Of a DNA stretch of 64,000 nucleotides, positions 1 through 9,176 are shown one piece after another. The position numbers and the translations under genes were made by a program. The notes beneath the pieces are model-generated. The model made no database searches and was not told the DNA's origin. It worked only from the letters and a program-made list of their open reading frames with translations. The stretch is from an uncultured Candidatus Saccharibacteria bacterium (lineage in GTDB: Bacteria > Patescibacteriota > Minisyncoccia > Phycocordibacterales > UBA12088), in assembly GCA_964562615.1 (NCBI GenBank), contig CAZLUD010000003.1, forward strand, positions 2,885-66,884, written 5' to 3'. The first letter of the stretch is position 1. The number at the start of each line of letters is the position of its first letter.

Positions 1-3000
1 ACCTTGCAAGCTGGTGATGCCAATCATCAAATTACGTTTGGTGATACTACAGTTTTCACGACTTGGCATAATTTTAAGTTTGATAAGAATAACGGCGGCG
101 CGACAACAATTATGACGGTGGGCACGGTAGGAAGCAGTAACGTCGGCATCGGGACGACAACACCAACAGCACCTCTTCATGTGAGTGGAGCAAGTGGATA
201 TTCAATAGCAAAATTTAAATCACAATTCAGTGTAAGTGGTGTGATTGCCTCTGATAATAGTCAAGTGTTCTTTGGTCATGATTCAGGATCTGATGGAACA
301 TGGAGTAATGGTATGGCAGCAATTAGTAGCGGTGGAGTATTTTTTAACTCGGGTGGATCAGAACGGATGCGGATTACAAGCGCCGGCTCTGTCGGCATCG
401 GCACCACCTCCCCATGGGCAAAGCTTTCCATAAAGGGAAGTGGTACCAGTACCGGCAAGGCGTTTGCAGTTTCTGACTCGTCAAATGTGACAAGGTTTGT
501 GATCAATGATAATGGCAACGTCGGCATCGGGACGGCGTCGCCTAGCTCACTTCTCCACCTCTCTGCGGGGTCAAGTGGTGCGACTGCTATTGCAAATGCA
601 CAGCTAATACTTGAGGCATCAGGTTCTCGCTATATTCAGTTTGCGCTTCCAACTGCTAGCACCGGTGGTATCTTCTTTGGTGATTCTTCTGATAACGATC
701 GGGGAGGAATCACGTATCAAAACAGTACCGCCGCAGGATTGCCCGACACGATGACATTTGTTACGAATGGAAACGCGCGGGCGGTTATAAACAGCACCGG
801 CAATGTAGGTATTGGGACTACCACCCCAGCATATAAACTTGATGTGTTTAGTAACACATCAGCGTCGGCCGCCCGCTTTACCAGTAGTAATGATGGAGGT
901 GGGGTAGGGCTACGCGTAGATACCACCGACACAAACCATGGTGTTATCACTGCCGATTTTGATACCTTGGGCAACCCTACTTTAACCGTTGATTCAGCTG
1001 GCGGTACAATCGGATATTTTCAAATGAGGGAAAGCGGGACACAAGTAATAAGGCTTGGTCAAACATTTAGCGGAGGACAAGTACTGGCGACAAAAAGCAA
1101 TTTGCAAGTAGCAATTGATGCAGATAATGATGGCACTGGGGCGTTTGAAATTGCAAAAGGTAGTTGGAATGGGCGTGTTGGTTCAGACGGAACAAGTCTA
1201 TTCAGAGTTACTAATGCTGGCAACGTCGGCATTGGGACGACGAACCCAGGGGCTAAACTTTCCGTTGCGGCACCGAGCGGAAGCAACGTTGTTGATTTTG
1301 CCCTCTATAACGACGCGGGCTCAACGCAAATCTTAAAACTATCAAGCAACAGCGGCGCGGTAGCGTCTGTTACTTCCTACGGGGATATGAACCTCGTCAC
1401 TCAAAATAGCGGAGTTCTGTACTTGAAGCCAAATGGTTCATCGATGCTTTCACTTAATCCTGTCACGGGGAATTCATCATTCACGGGCTCTGTCGGTATT
1501 GGGATTACCACACCCCTTGATAGTTTGCATTTGTTTAAAAATGAACCAGGAATTATCTTAGAAGACGATGGGTGGGGTGCGGGTACAGGTGGTATGTGGA
1601 GGATGCGTCCTGCAAACAATGATGGAAGGTTTAAAATCGAACGCAACACATCTTCGGCGAGAGATTTTGCTACGTATGTGGAGGATTTGGTGATAACAAC
1701 CGCAGGTAATGTGGGAATTGGGACGACGGCACCACTTTCTCAGCTGCAAATCAAAAATGCAACAAACCAAGAAACACAGATTGGCGGCACTGCAGGAATC
1801 TATACAAATTCAACATACTTTACCGATTTATTTAGACTTGACTCAGCTATAAACTTTAGCCGCAGTTCAGATGGTGCGTTTTTGAACTCGATTTTTGGTT
1901 ACGAAACCACTGCTCTTGCTGAGAATAATCTCGGTCTTGTTGCGCGTCATGACATTAAGTTTGTTGTTGGAGCCACAGCTGACAGAGGAATGATTATAAA
2001 AAGCGGAGGCAATGTGGGTATTGGTACTACCGCACCTGGAAATGATTTGCATATCTCAGGAACAGAATCGATCATCAGACTACAAGCAACTGCGGTAAGT
2101 GGAAAGTCATGGGATATTGTCTCTGGTGGTGGCGGGGCACACACCGCAGGAGTGTTTGCGCTTCAAGACACTACAGGTGGCACAACACCATTTAAAATAA
2201 TCAACCCCACAGCTAATGATGTGCTTGCGGTGGTGGGGAGTAGTGTCGGTATTGGAACAAGTAATCCAGGTGTAAAACTCGAAGTAAATGGTGGAAGTAG
2301 CATCGCAGCAATTCGCCTCGCAACATCTGCCCTTACTAACGGGTTCGATATTGGCTATCTCAACGGAACTTCTGACCCAGCACTCTACCTCTTTAACAGA
2401 GAAAATGGAGCAATGATTTTGAGTACAAACGCCACAGAGAGAATGCGCATCACTAGTGGTGGCAACGTCGGTATTGGTACAACAAACCCGGGACAAAGAC
2501 TTCAGGTTGGCGCGGGGGTAGTATCAGATTTTTCTGAGGCAAATATATTTGATACAGCAACTGAAGCTATATCTATCGTTGGAGATGCAGGTGGTGAAGA
2601 TGCTGCTCTTGTACTGGGTGTAACAGATGGGACAAGAAATAGTAGAGCCAAATTCTTTATCTCTGATCAAAAAGAGTGGGGATTGTGGCAAACATGGTCT
2701 TCTGGAGGAGATCAAGATTTTGTTCTTGGTATGGGAGCTGGTGGAGAAAGGTTAAGAGTCACCAGTGGGGGGAGTGTCGGTATTGGCACCTCCACACCAA
2801 CTACTGGTAAATTTGTTATCGCTGCTGGTCATAACGCAAATGCGCTTGTATTAGAGAATGTCGCCGTAGGAAAGTATTGGTCGGTGTATAACTACACCAA
2901 TAGCTCTGCGACAGATTTGCGATTCTACGAACAAAACTCAGGTGGTAATTCTTTGACCCTACAAGCAGGGGGTAATGTGGGTATAGGCACAGTAAATCCT

Positions 3001-5136
3001 ACTGCCAAACTTACAGTTGTAGGAGGTAATGTCCGAGTTGATACTAATCAAGGAGTAGAATTTGGCGGAGCAAACAACTTTATTTATGGAAACGAAACAA
3101 GTGATTTTATTGCACTTGTTACCAACAACACGGAAGCAATGCGAATGTTAAGTAACGGATATGTCGGTATTGGCACCACCTCGCCATCACAAAAACTTGA
3201 TGTTGCTGGCATTATTGCGGTAAGTGGACAGGCAGCCCTATGGTCTGATTCTTCTTATATTTATGTGGGTGATATTGCGGGAGGGGATGGATATCGAAGC
3301 TTGGTACTACGCAGTAATGATACAGAACAGATGCGTATTACCACTGCGGGTAACATTGGTATCGGCACCACCACCCCTACGGCAACAAGTAATAACCGAG
3401 CACTTTCTATCTATGGAACATGGACCTCAAGTATTGACTTGGGCGGTAACGGTGCTTATCGACACCTTACTCTAAGCACAGACGGCAGCGGAAATGGATA
3501 CCTTACAGCAAACAGTGCAAAAAGTCTCTATCTTGGATCAGACAATGCAACACGAATTACACTACACGCAAACGGTAATGTTGGCATCGGGACGACGGTG
3601 CCACAAAGTAGATTGGAGGTGATTGGCGCTGGATCAGACCAGGAAGCATTAACGTTGCGTAATGTATCAGGGGGTGGAAAGCTGGCGCTAGGTGCCAGAA
3701 CCACAACCGGAGAAGCGTTTTTGCAAGGATTAACCAATGGTGGCTCAGCTAACGCGTTACTTCTTAATCCAAACGGGGGTAATGTGGGTATTGGGACAAC
3801 AACACCTACCAGTGGCAAACTAGTTATTGCAGGTAGCGATGATCTTGTTGCGCTTGCGGTTACCAATACATCAGCTATGACCGCAAGTTTTGAACTTGGT
3901 CAGACCTTGCAAGGGGGGAACTCTATTCCATATCTTCGAACTCTTCGAGGTGGTGACAACGCCAGTTTTCGAATTTATGCGGGCGGTACCGCTCTCTCAG
4001 GTACTCCTGCATTGACAGTGCGGTATAACGGCAACATCGGCATCGGGACGACGACGCCAGGGGCGAAATTACAAGTGAACTATGATGGAGGGGCAACAGC
4101 TGCTCTCATAAGTGAAACAGTTGCGTCCTTTAGTAATACCTCTGCAACTACGGATAATGCTTACATAAGTATCCAATCAGGAAATGCGGCAGAAGCAGCA
4201 ATTGTATTTGGAGATACGGACGATGATAACCGAGGATATCTAAGATATGTAAACGGCGCGACTGATTACTTCTCGATTGCTGTTGCTGGAGAAAAAGTAA
4301 GAGTTCAGCAGGACGGCAACGTCGGCATCGGCACCACCACTCCATGGCGCACCCTCTCCGTCACCGGCACCGTCGGCTTTGATGGTCTCACCGGCTCCAC
4401 CGGAGCCGGGTCACTATGTCTCTCATCAAGCAAACAAGTGGTATACAACAGTGCATCAGACAGCTGTCTTCCATCACTAAGAGAAACAAAGCACGATATA
4501 GCAGCCCTCGCACTCTCAGCTACCGAAGTACTCTCTACCATAGAACCAGTATCATTTATATATAATGAGAGTGATGGCAGAGTCCGCTACGGCTTTATCG
4601 CAGAAGATGTCGCTGCAGTAGACCCTCACCTTGCTACCTATAACGCCTCAAGTACCATTTCTGGTATAGACGATAGAGCTATGGTGTCTCTTCTTGTGAA
4701 GGGGTTTAAGGAGGTGTGGAACGAGGTGGTGATGGTAAAAAATAGTGTGGTAGCGGTAACCAGCAGGGTAGATGAGCATGATAGAGAAATAGCAGAGCTG
4801 AAGGCGCGTATTGCTGCTCTTGAATCAACACAGGCTCCTGAAGAAGGAGAAGAAGAAACTCCTACCGACACAACACCCCCCACCATCACCATCACCGGCA
4901 ACAACCCCGCACAACTAACCGTAGGAGATAGCTATGCCGACCTAGGCGCAATTGCAATTGATGATAGTGGCACTGCAATCCTGCGCACCTACGTTAGAGG
5001 TATAGAGGTAACGGCAGTATCTATTGATACCTCAGTAGCAGGGGAGCATGCAGTGGTGTATGTCGCGACTGACCTTGCAGGCAACAGTGCGACGAGTACG
5101 AGGGCGGTGGTGGTGGAAGAGGTGATCCTTCCATAG
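1..5136 (+). CDS. Giant repeat fibre protein, 5'-truncated at the window edge (>1710 aa). It has about 18 copies of a 70-100 aa unit centred on G-N-V-G-I-G-T-T-x-P. The C-terminus carries a peptidase S74-like intramolecular chaperone (tail-fibre auto-processing) domain followed by a DUF5011/Ig-like domain
   Basis: ORF 4..5136 is open to the window start. The motif GNVGIGTT[TSAN]P recurs about 18 times. C-terminal SLRETKHDI...GFIAEDV...LLVKGFKEV fits the S74 chaperone consensus (SDxRxKxNI...GFIAQEV...LIEAIKEL). The last ~80 aa (TPPTITITGNNPAQLTVGDSYADLGAIAIDDSG) resemble DUF5011. Confidence 0.7.
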   Translation, partial: TLQAGDANHQITFGDTTVFTTWHNFKFDKNNGGATTIMTVGTVGSSNVGIGTTTPTAPLHVSGASGYSIAKFKSQFSVSGVIASDNSQVFFGHDSGSDGTWSNGMAAISSGGVFFNSGGSERMRITSAGSVGIGTTSPWAKLSIKGSGTSTGKAFAVSDSSNVTRFVINDNGNVGIGTASPSSLLHLSAGSSGATAIANAQLILEASGSRYIQFALPTASTGGIFFGDSSDNDRGGITYQNSTAAGLPDTMTFVTNGNARAVINSTGNVGIGTTTPAYKLDVFSNTSASAARFTSSNDGGGVGLRVDTTDTNHGVITADFDTLGNPTLTVDSAGGTIGYFQMRESGTQVIRLGQTFSGGQVLATKSNLQVAIDADNDGTGAFEIAKGSWNGRVGSDGTSLFRVTNAGNVGIGTTNPGAKLSVAAPSGSNVVDFALYNDAGSTQILKLSSNSGAVASVTSYGDMNLVTQNSGVLYLKPNGSSMLSLNPVTGNSSFTGSVGIGITTPLDSLHLFKNEPGIILEDDGWGAGTGGMWRMRPANNDGRFKIERNTSSARDFATYVEDLVITTAGNVGIGTTAPLSQLQIKNATNQETQIGGTAGIYTNSTYFTDLFRLDSAINFSRSSDGAFLNSIFGYETTALAENNLGLVARHDIKFVVGATADRGMIIKSGGNVGIGTTAPGNDLHISGTESIIRLQATAVSGKSWDIVSGGGGAHTAGVFALQDTTGGTTPFKIINPTANDVLAVVGSSVGIGTSNPGVKLEVNGGSSIAAIRLATSALTNGFDIGYLNGTSDPALYLFNRENGAMILSTNATERMRITSGGNVGIGTTNPGQRLQVGAGVVSDFSEANIFDTATEAISIVGDAGGEDAALVLGVTDGTRNSRAKFFISDQKEWGLWQTWSSGGDQDFVLGMGAGGERLRVTSGGSVGIGTSTPTTGKFVIAAGHNANALVLENVAVGKYWSVYNYTNSSATDLRFYEQNSGGNSLTLQAGGNVGIGTVNPTAKLTVVGGNVRVDTNQGVEFGGANNFIYGNETSDFIALVTNNTEAMRMLSNGYVGIGTTSPSQKLDVAGIIAVSGQAALWSDSSYIYVGDIAGGDGYRSLVLRSNDTEQMRITTAGNIGIGTTTPTATSNNRALSIYGTWTSSIDLGGNGAYRHLTLSTDGSGNGYLTANSAKSLYLGSDNATRITLHANGNVGIGTTVPQSRLEVIGAGSDQEALTLRNVSGGGKLALGARTTTGEAFLQGLTNGGSANALLLNPNGGNVGIGTTTPTSGKLVIAGSDDLVALAVTNTSAMTASFELGQTLQGGNSIPYLRTLRGGDNASFRIYAGGTALSGTPALTVRYNGNIGIGTTTPGAKLQVNYDGGATAALISETVASFSNTSATTDNAYISIQSGNAAEAAIVFGDTDDDNRGYLRYVNGATDYFSIAVAGEKVRVQQDGNVGIGTTTPWRTLSVTGTVGFDGLTGSTGAGSLCLSSSKQVVYNSASDSCLPSLRETKHDIAALALSATEVLSTIEPVSFIYNESDGRVRYGFIAEDVAAVDPHLATYNASSTISGIDDRAMVSLLVKGFKEVWNEVVMVKNSVVAVTSRVDEHDREIAELKARIAALESTQAPEEGEEETPTDTTPPTITITGNNPAQLTVGDSYADLGAIAIDDSGTAILRTYVRGIEVTAVSIDTSVAGEHAVVYVATDLAGNSATSTRAVVVEEVILP

Positions 5137-5162
5137 GGATATGGTTGTGATAGGGTGGTGGT

Positions 5163-5456
5163 ATGAAAGAAGCACTCATCCTCGTGACCGGAAAGGTACA
5201 AGGGGTATTTTTTAGAGAATTTGTCCACGATACCGCAGAATCGCTTGGTGTGGTGGGGAGAGTATCAAATGAAAAAGACGGTTCGGTGAGGGTTGTTGCG
5301 CAGGGATATGAGGCAATACTGAAGAAATTTATTGCAAAAGTAGAGGAAGGAAATGGACGTTCAGATATTTCATTTGTGCAAGTACTGTGGCAAAAGGAGC
5401 TATCTGAAACCTTTACCTACTTTGACATAGTTACTACTACTGATGACACCAAATAA
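5163..5456 (+). CDS. acyP: acylphosphatase
   Basis: VTGKVQGVFFREFV is the acylphosphatase signature. The 97-aa size fits. Confidence 0.85.
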   Translation: MKEALILVTGKVQGVFFREFVHDTAESLGVVGRVSNEKDGSVRVVAQGYEAILKKFIAKVEEGNGRSDISFVQVLWQKELSETFTYFDIVTTTDDTK

Positions 5457-6129
5457 AACACCTACGTGTATCGGTATTATTATTGATGGTAACCGTCGAT
5501 GGGCGACAGAGCGTGGTTGCTCTACCTATGAGGGGCATCGAGAGGGGAGCGAGCGCATAAAAGATGTGGTGCTGTGGGCAAAGGAGGCGGGAGTGGCGCA
5601 CCTTATCATCTATACCTTTTCAACAGAAAACTGGAAGCGAAGTGAAGAAGAAAAGAAATATCTCTTTGAGATACTTGAAAGTGCTATTGATACCTATGTA
5701 CAAGAGCTCGCACCCCATGGAGTGAAAATACGGTGCATAGGGCAACGAGAGAGATTTTCAAAAACATTTCAAGAAAAGATACACAATGCAGAAGTGCTCA
5801 CACAACAACACACCGCATGCACGGTTACCTTTGCTCTCTCGTATGGTGGTAGAGCTGAAATAACAAGCGCGGTTAACACGCTGCGTGTGGCGGATAAAAA
5901 AGAAGTAACCGAGGAGGATATCACAAATGCTATGTGGACTAGTGGTATCCCTGATCCTGACATCATTATTCGTACCGGTGGAGAAAAGCGCCTCTCTGGA
6001 TTTTTGCCATGGCAATCTGTATATGCAGAGCTGTTTTTTGTCGATGAGTACTGGCCGGCATTTTCAAAAGAGACATTTACCGCCATACTGAGCGAATATG
6101 GTAATAGAGAAAGACGGCGGGGTGCCTGA
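5443..6129 (+). CDS. uppS: undecaprenyl diphosphate synthase (isoprenyl transferase)
   Basis: The DGNRRWA and FSTENWKR motifs are present. The 228-aa size fits. Confidence 0.9.
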   Translation: MTPNKTPTCIGIIIDGNRRWATERGCSTYEGHREGSERIKDVVLWAKEAGVAHLIIYTFSTENWKRSEEEKKYLFEILESAIDTYVQELAPHGVKIRCIGQRERFSKTFQEKIHNAEVLTQQHTACTVTFALSYGGRAEITSAVNTLRVADKKEVTEEDITNAMWTSGIPDPDIIIRTGGEKRLSGFLPWQSVYAELFFVDEYWPAFSKETFTAILSEYGNRERRRGA

Positions 6130-6850
6130 CCCGACAATACTATTTGAAAACCACGACATGGTGGTTGTTAATAAACCCGCGGGGCTTATGGTGCATCCCG
6201 ATGGTCGCACAACAGTACCTACGCTTGTTGATTGGGTGCTTCGCACCTTTCCTTTGGTTGTGGGCGTTGGTGAGCCTATTATTCTTCAGGATGGTACGGT
6301 TATAGAAAAGCCGGGGATTGTTCATCGGCTTGATACTGATACGTCTGGTGCGCTTGTGCTTGCAAAGACACAAGAAGCATTTGTACATCTGAAAGATCAA
6401 TTTAAAAATAGACACGTAAAAAAAACATACGTCGCGTTTGTCTGGGGAGAAATAAAAGACGATAGGATAACTATAGATAGACCAATAGGGAGGTCGGGAA
6501 GTGATTTTAGAAAATGGTCTGCTACCCGTGGCGCGCGAGGCACTCTGCGTGATGCGTGCACAGATATACGTGTACTACAGCGTACAAAAGAATATACCTA
6601 TATTGAGGCATTGCCAAAAACAGGACGCACCCATCAAATACGAGTGCATCTAAAGGCCATTAATCATCCCATTTTGTGCGATACACAGTACGCAAATTCG
6701 TCACAATGTGGCCTTGGGTTTACGCGGCAAGCGCTTCATAGTAGGGTGATTGAGATTGAAACCCCCTCCGGGGAACGGGTGCGGGTGGAGGCTCCACTCC
6801 CAAGGGATTTTGAAGAAGCGCTTCGTATTTTTACTAAAGAGATTGCCTGA
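6098..6850 (+). CDS. RluA-family pseudouridine synthase
   Basis: The HRLDTDTSGALVLAK catalytic motif is present, preceded by the typical VVVNKPAGLMVHP. Confidence 0.8.
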   Translation: MVIEKDGGVPDPTILFENHDMVVVNKPAGLMVHPDGRTTVPTLVDWVLRTFPLVVGVGEPIILQDGTVIEKPGIVHRLDTDTSGALVLAKTQEAFVHLKDQFKNRHVKKTYVAFVWGEIKDDRITIDRPIGRSGSDFRKWSATRGARGTLRDACTDIRVLQRTKEYTYIEALPKTGRTHQIRVHLKAINHPILCDTQYANSSQCGLGFTRQALHSRVIEIETPSGERVRVEAPLPRDFEEALRIFTKEIA

Positions 6851-6882
6851 TAAAAAAGTTCGTGGTATCGTACGCAAACATT

Positions 6883-7485
6883 ATGAAAACGGCAGAAATT
6901 CATACATCTATTAATATAGACTCCCGAAAGGAGATAGCTATCTCGTCTGGAGACACCGTTCGCGTGTATTCTAAGATTGAGGATAAGGGAAAGACTCGTA
7001 TACAGATGTTTGAGGGAGTGGTTATCGCGACCAAGCACGGCAACGAACCAGGCGCCACCTTTACTGTTCGTAGGTCTCAAGGAGGGTATGGCGTAGAGAG
7101 GGTGTTTCCACTATTTTCTCCACTTATAGATAAAATTGAGGTGGTAAAAAGAACAAGGGTAAAGCGAGCTAAGCTTTATTACATCAGAGACAAGGCATCT
7201 AAGGAGATACGACGACAGATGCGAAAGACACGCATTGTTGCTGAAGGTACCCTAAGTGAACAAGCAGAAGCTCGAAGAATTGAGGATGAAGCAGCTAAAG
7301 CGAAGGCAGAGATAGAACAAGCTGAAGCAGAAGCAAAGAGAATCGAAGACGAAGCTCGCGCTAAAGAAGAGGCAGAGCAAAAGGCAAAGGAGGAGGCAGA
7401 AAAAGCAGCAGCAGCACCTGAGGTTGTCGAAGAGGCACCGAAAGAAGAAACTGCTACTGAAGAAAAAAAGGAGGAAGAGAAGTAA
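6883..7485 (+). CDS. rplS: 50S ribosomal protein L19 with an ~90-aa Ala/Glu/Lys-rich C-terminal extension
   Basis: GDTVRVYSKI...RIQMFEGVVIA...TFTVRR...GVERVFPLFSPLIDKIEVVKRTRVKRAKLYYIRD aligns along the full length of L19. After that the protein runs on through low-complexity AEAKRIEDEA repeats. An alternative GTG start lies at 6862. Confidence 0.85.
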   Translation: MKTAEIHTSINIDSRKEIAISSGDTVRVYSKIEDKGKTRIQMFEGVVIATKHGNEPGATFTVRRSQGGYGVERVFPLFSPLIDKIEVVKRTRVKRAKLYYIRDKASKEIRRQMRKTRIVAEGTLSEQAEARRIEDEAAKAKAEIEQAEAEAKRIEDEARAKEEAEQKAKEEAEKAAAAPEVVEEAPKEETATEEKKEEEK

Positions 7486-7490
7486 TACAC

Positions 7491-7522
7491 AAAAGCGAGC
7501 CACAACGGCTCGCTTTTGTTTT
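7491..7522 (+). terminator. rho-independent terminator after rplS
   Basis: aaaaGCGAGCCacaacGGCTCGCttttgtttt: a 7-bp GC stem followed by a T-tract. Confidence 0.7.
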
Positions 7523-7631
7523 GAGCGACCAAAGAAATAAGGAGCAAAGCGACTATATTTCTTGAAGTACTCTTGCGGTGCGACCAAATTTTTACGACCG
7601 TAGGGAGATAAAAATGGAAGTACTCTTTGTG

Positions 7632-7650
7632 GTGCCCAGGACAGGACTTG
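7632..7650 (-). repeat. 19-nt direct copy of the 3' end of tRNA-Leu (T-stem 3' side plus acceptor 3' side)
   Basis: gtgcccaggacaggacttg at 7632-7650 is identical to 7827-7845 inside the tRNA. Confidence 0.7.
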
Positions 7651-7660
7651 GTCACGAGTT

Positions 7661-7698
7661 GCTAAGTAGTTTATTCACTACGTTTTAAACTACTAAGC
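7661..7698. other. perfect 12-bp stem hairpin lying between the tRNA-Leu 3'-end copy and the intact tRNA
   Basis: gctaagtagttt-attcactacgtttt-aaactactaagc. Confidence 0.6.
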
Positions 7699-7827
7699 AC
7701 TCTCGACCCCGCCTCGCCGACAAGCACTCGCGTTGCTCGTCTTGTATACCGGCTGCGGCTTTCAAGTCCTTTCCTGTAGCCAAAACAATAATCGCCGAAT
7801 GCATACGCATCCGGCTCTTTTGTTTTG

Positions 7828-7911
7828 TGCCCAGGACAGGACTTGAACCTGCACAGCCTTGCGGCCACTACCACCTCAAGGTAGCGTGTATACCAATTTC
7901 ACCACCTGGGC
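7828..7911 (-). tRNA. tRNA-Leu (anticodon GAG), class II with a long variable arm and no encoded CCA
   Basis: The minus-strand sequence GCCCAGGTGGTGAAATTGGTATACACGCTACCTTGAGGTGGTAG...GCAGGTTCAAGTCCTGTCCTGGGCA folds as a cloverleaf. It has a 7-bp acceptor stem, a TTCAAGT T-loop and the anticodon loop cTTGAGgt. Confidence 0.8.
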
Positions 7912-8022
7912 ATAAGACTGCTGTAGTATGCCTTGCCCGAGCACTATTTTCAATAGTGCTCATATAATTCTAAAAAAACACCGAAATGCGGTATGCTATA
8001 TGTATATAGATAACATCCGCAT

Positions 8023-9174
8023 ATGCATATAGAACAAAAGAAATGGACGAAACAACATGGATGGGTTATGCACACCAAAGAACCGCTACCAACACCACCG
8101 TCACTTGTGTTGGTGTTTGGCGGCAATGATGCACTAAAGAACACCACTCTCTTTGAAGAGATTAGGTCGTGGTATCCATCAGCAAAAATAGTAAGCGCAT
8201 CTACTGCGGGGGAGATAATCGATACCGAGGTATCTGATGATGCGTTGGTACTTTCTGCAATCGCATTTGAAAAAACAACAATACAGTGTGTAGAGGCAAC
8301 AATAGACTCATCAGAGCATAGTGAAGAGGTAGGAAAGACTCTCGCACAAGCACTCCCTAAAGAAGGTCTTGTCCACGTAATGATATTTTCAGACGGGTTG
8401 TTTGTTAACGGTACTGCACTTGTGAAGGGTTTGTTGGCAGAACTACCGCAGAGCGTATCGGTAACCGGAGGGTTGGTGGGTGATGGCCCACGATTTAAAG
8501 AAACCATGGTAGGGCTAGACACCATGGCGGCACAAAAGAAACTCGTATGCATTGGTTTTTATGGGCAATCAATTAAGGTAGGATACGGCTCTTTGGGCGG
8601 ATGGGATTCATTTGGCGTATCTCGCACGATTACCAAGGCACAAGGTAATGTGTTGTATGAATTGGATGATAAACCAGCGCTCGTACTCTATAAAGAATAT
8701 CTTGGAGATCTAGCAAAAGATTTGCCAGCAAGTGGGCTTCTGTTTCCGCTTAGTCTAAAAGTCACCACCGACCTTGGTGTGGAGGTAGAGGTGGTGCGTA
8801 CGGTGCTTGGTGTTGATGAGGCCACACAATCAGTTACCTTTGCGGGGGACATGCCGGTAGGTGTTGTTGCTCGTTTTATGAAGGCTAATTTTGATCGCCT
8901 CATTGATGGCGCATCTGGTGCTGCAAGTATGAGCACGGTATCACTTGGCGAGGGAAAGGCAGAGCTTGCGATTTTGGTAAGTTGCATTGGTAGAAAATTG
9001 GTGTTGAAGGACAGGGTAGAGGATGAGACCGAAGCGGTACGAGAAATTGTTGGTGCAAATGCGCACATGATAGGGTTTTATTCTTATGGCGAGATTAGTC
9101 CAACCACCCCAACCGAGCGACAGTGTCAGCTACACAATCAGACCATGACCATTACCACCCTGAGGGAAGTATAG
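8023..9174 (+). CDS. FIST-domain sensor protein (FIST_N plus FIST_C)
   Basis: 383 aa. The C-terminal HMIGFYSYGEISP matches the FIST_C consensus. The N-terminal half is organised like a FIST_N domain. Confidence 0.7.
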   Translation: MHIEQKKWTKQHGWVMHTKEPLPTPPSLVLVFGGNDALKNTTLFEEIRSWYPSAKIVSASTAGEIIDTEVSDDALVLSAIAFEKTTIQCVEATIDSSEHSEEVGKTLAQALPKEGLVHVMIFSDGLFVNGTALVKGLLAELPQSVSVTGGLVGDGPRFKETMVGLDTMAAQKKLVCIGFYGQSIKVGYGSLGGWDSFGVSRTITKAQGNVLYELDDKPALVLYKEYLGDLAKDLPASGLLFPLSLKVTTDLGVEVEVVRTVLGVDEATQSVTFAGDMPVGVVARFMKANFDRLIDGASGAASMSTVSLGEGKAELAILVSCIGRKLVLKDRVEDETEAVREIVGANAHMIGFYSYGEISPTTPTERQCQLHNQTMTITTLREV

Positions 9175-9176
9175 CT

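Noticed and set aside
7179-7655. Two overlapping minus-strand ORFs (158 and 111 aa) antisense to the rplS tail
   Set aside because: They are low-complexity translations (poly-S/A/F/L) of the antisense of the Glu/Ala/Lys-rich L19 extension. They run across the rplS terminator.
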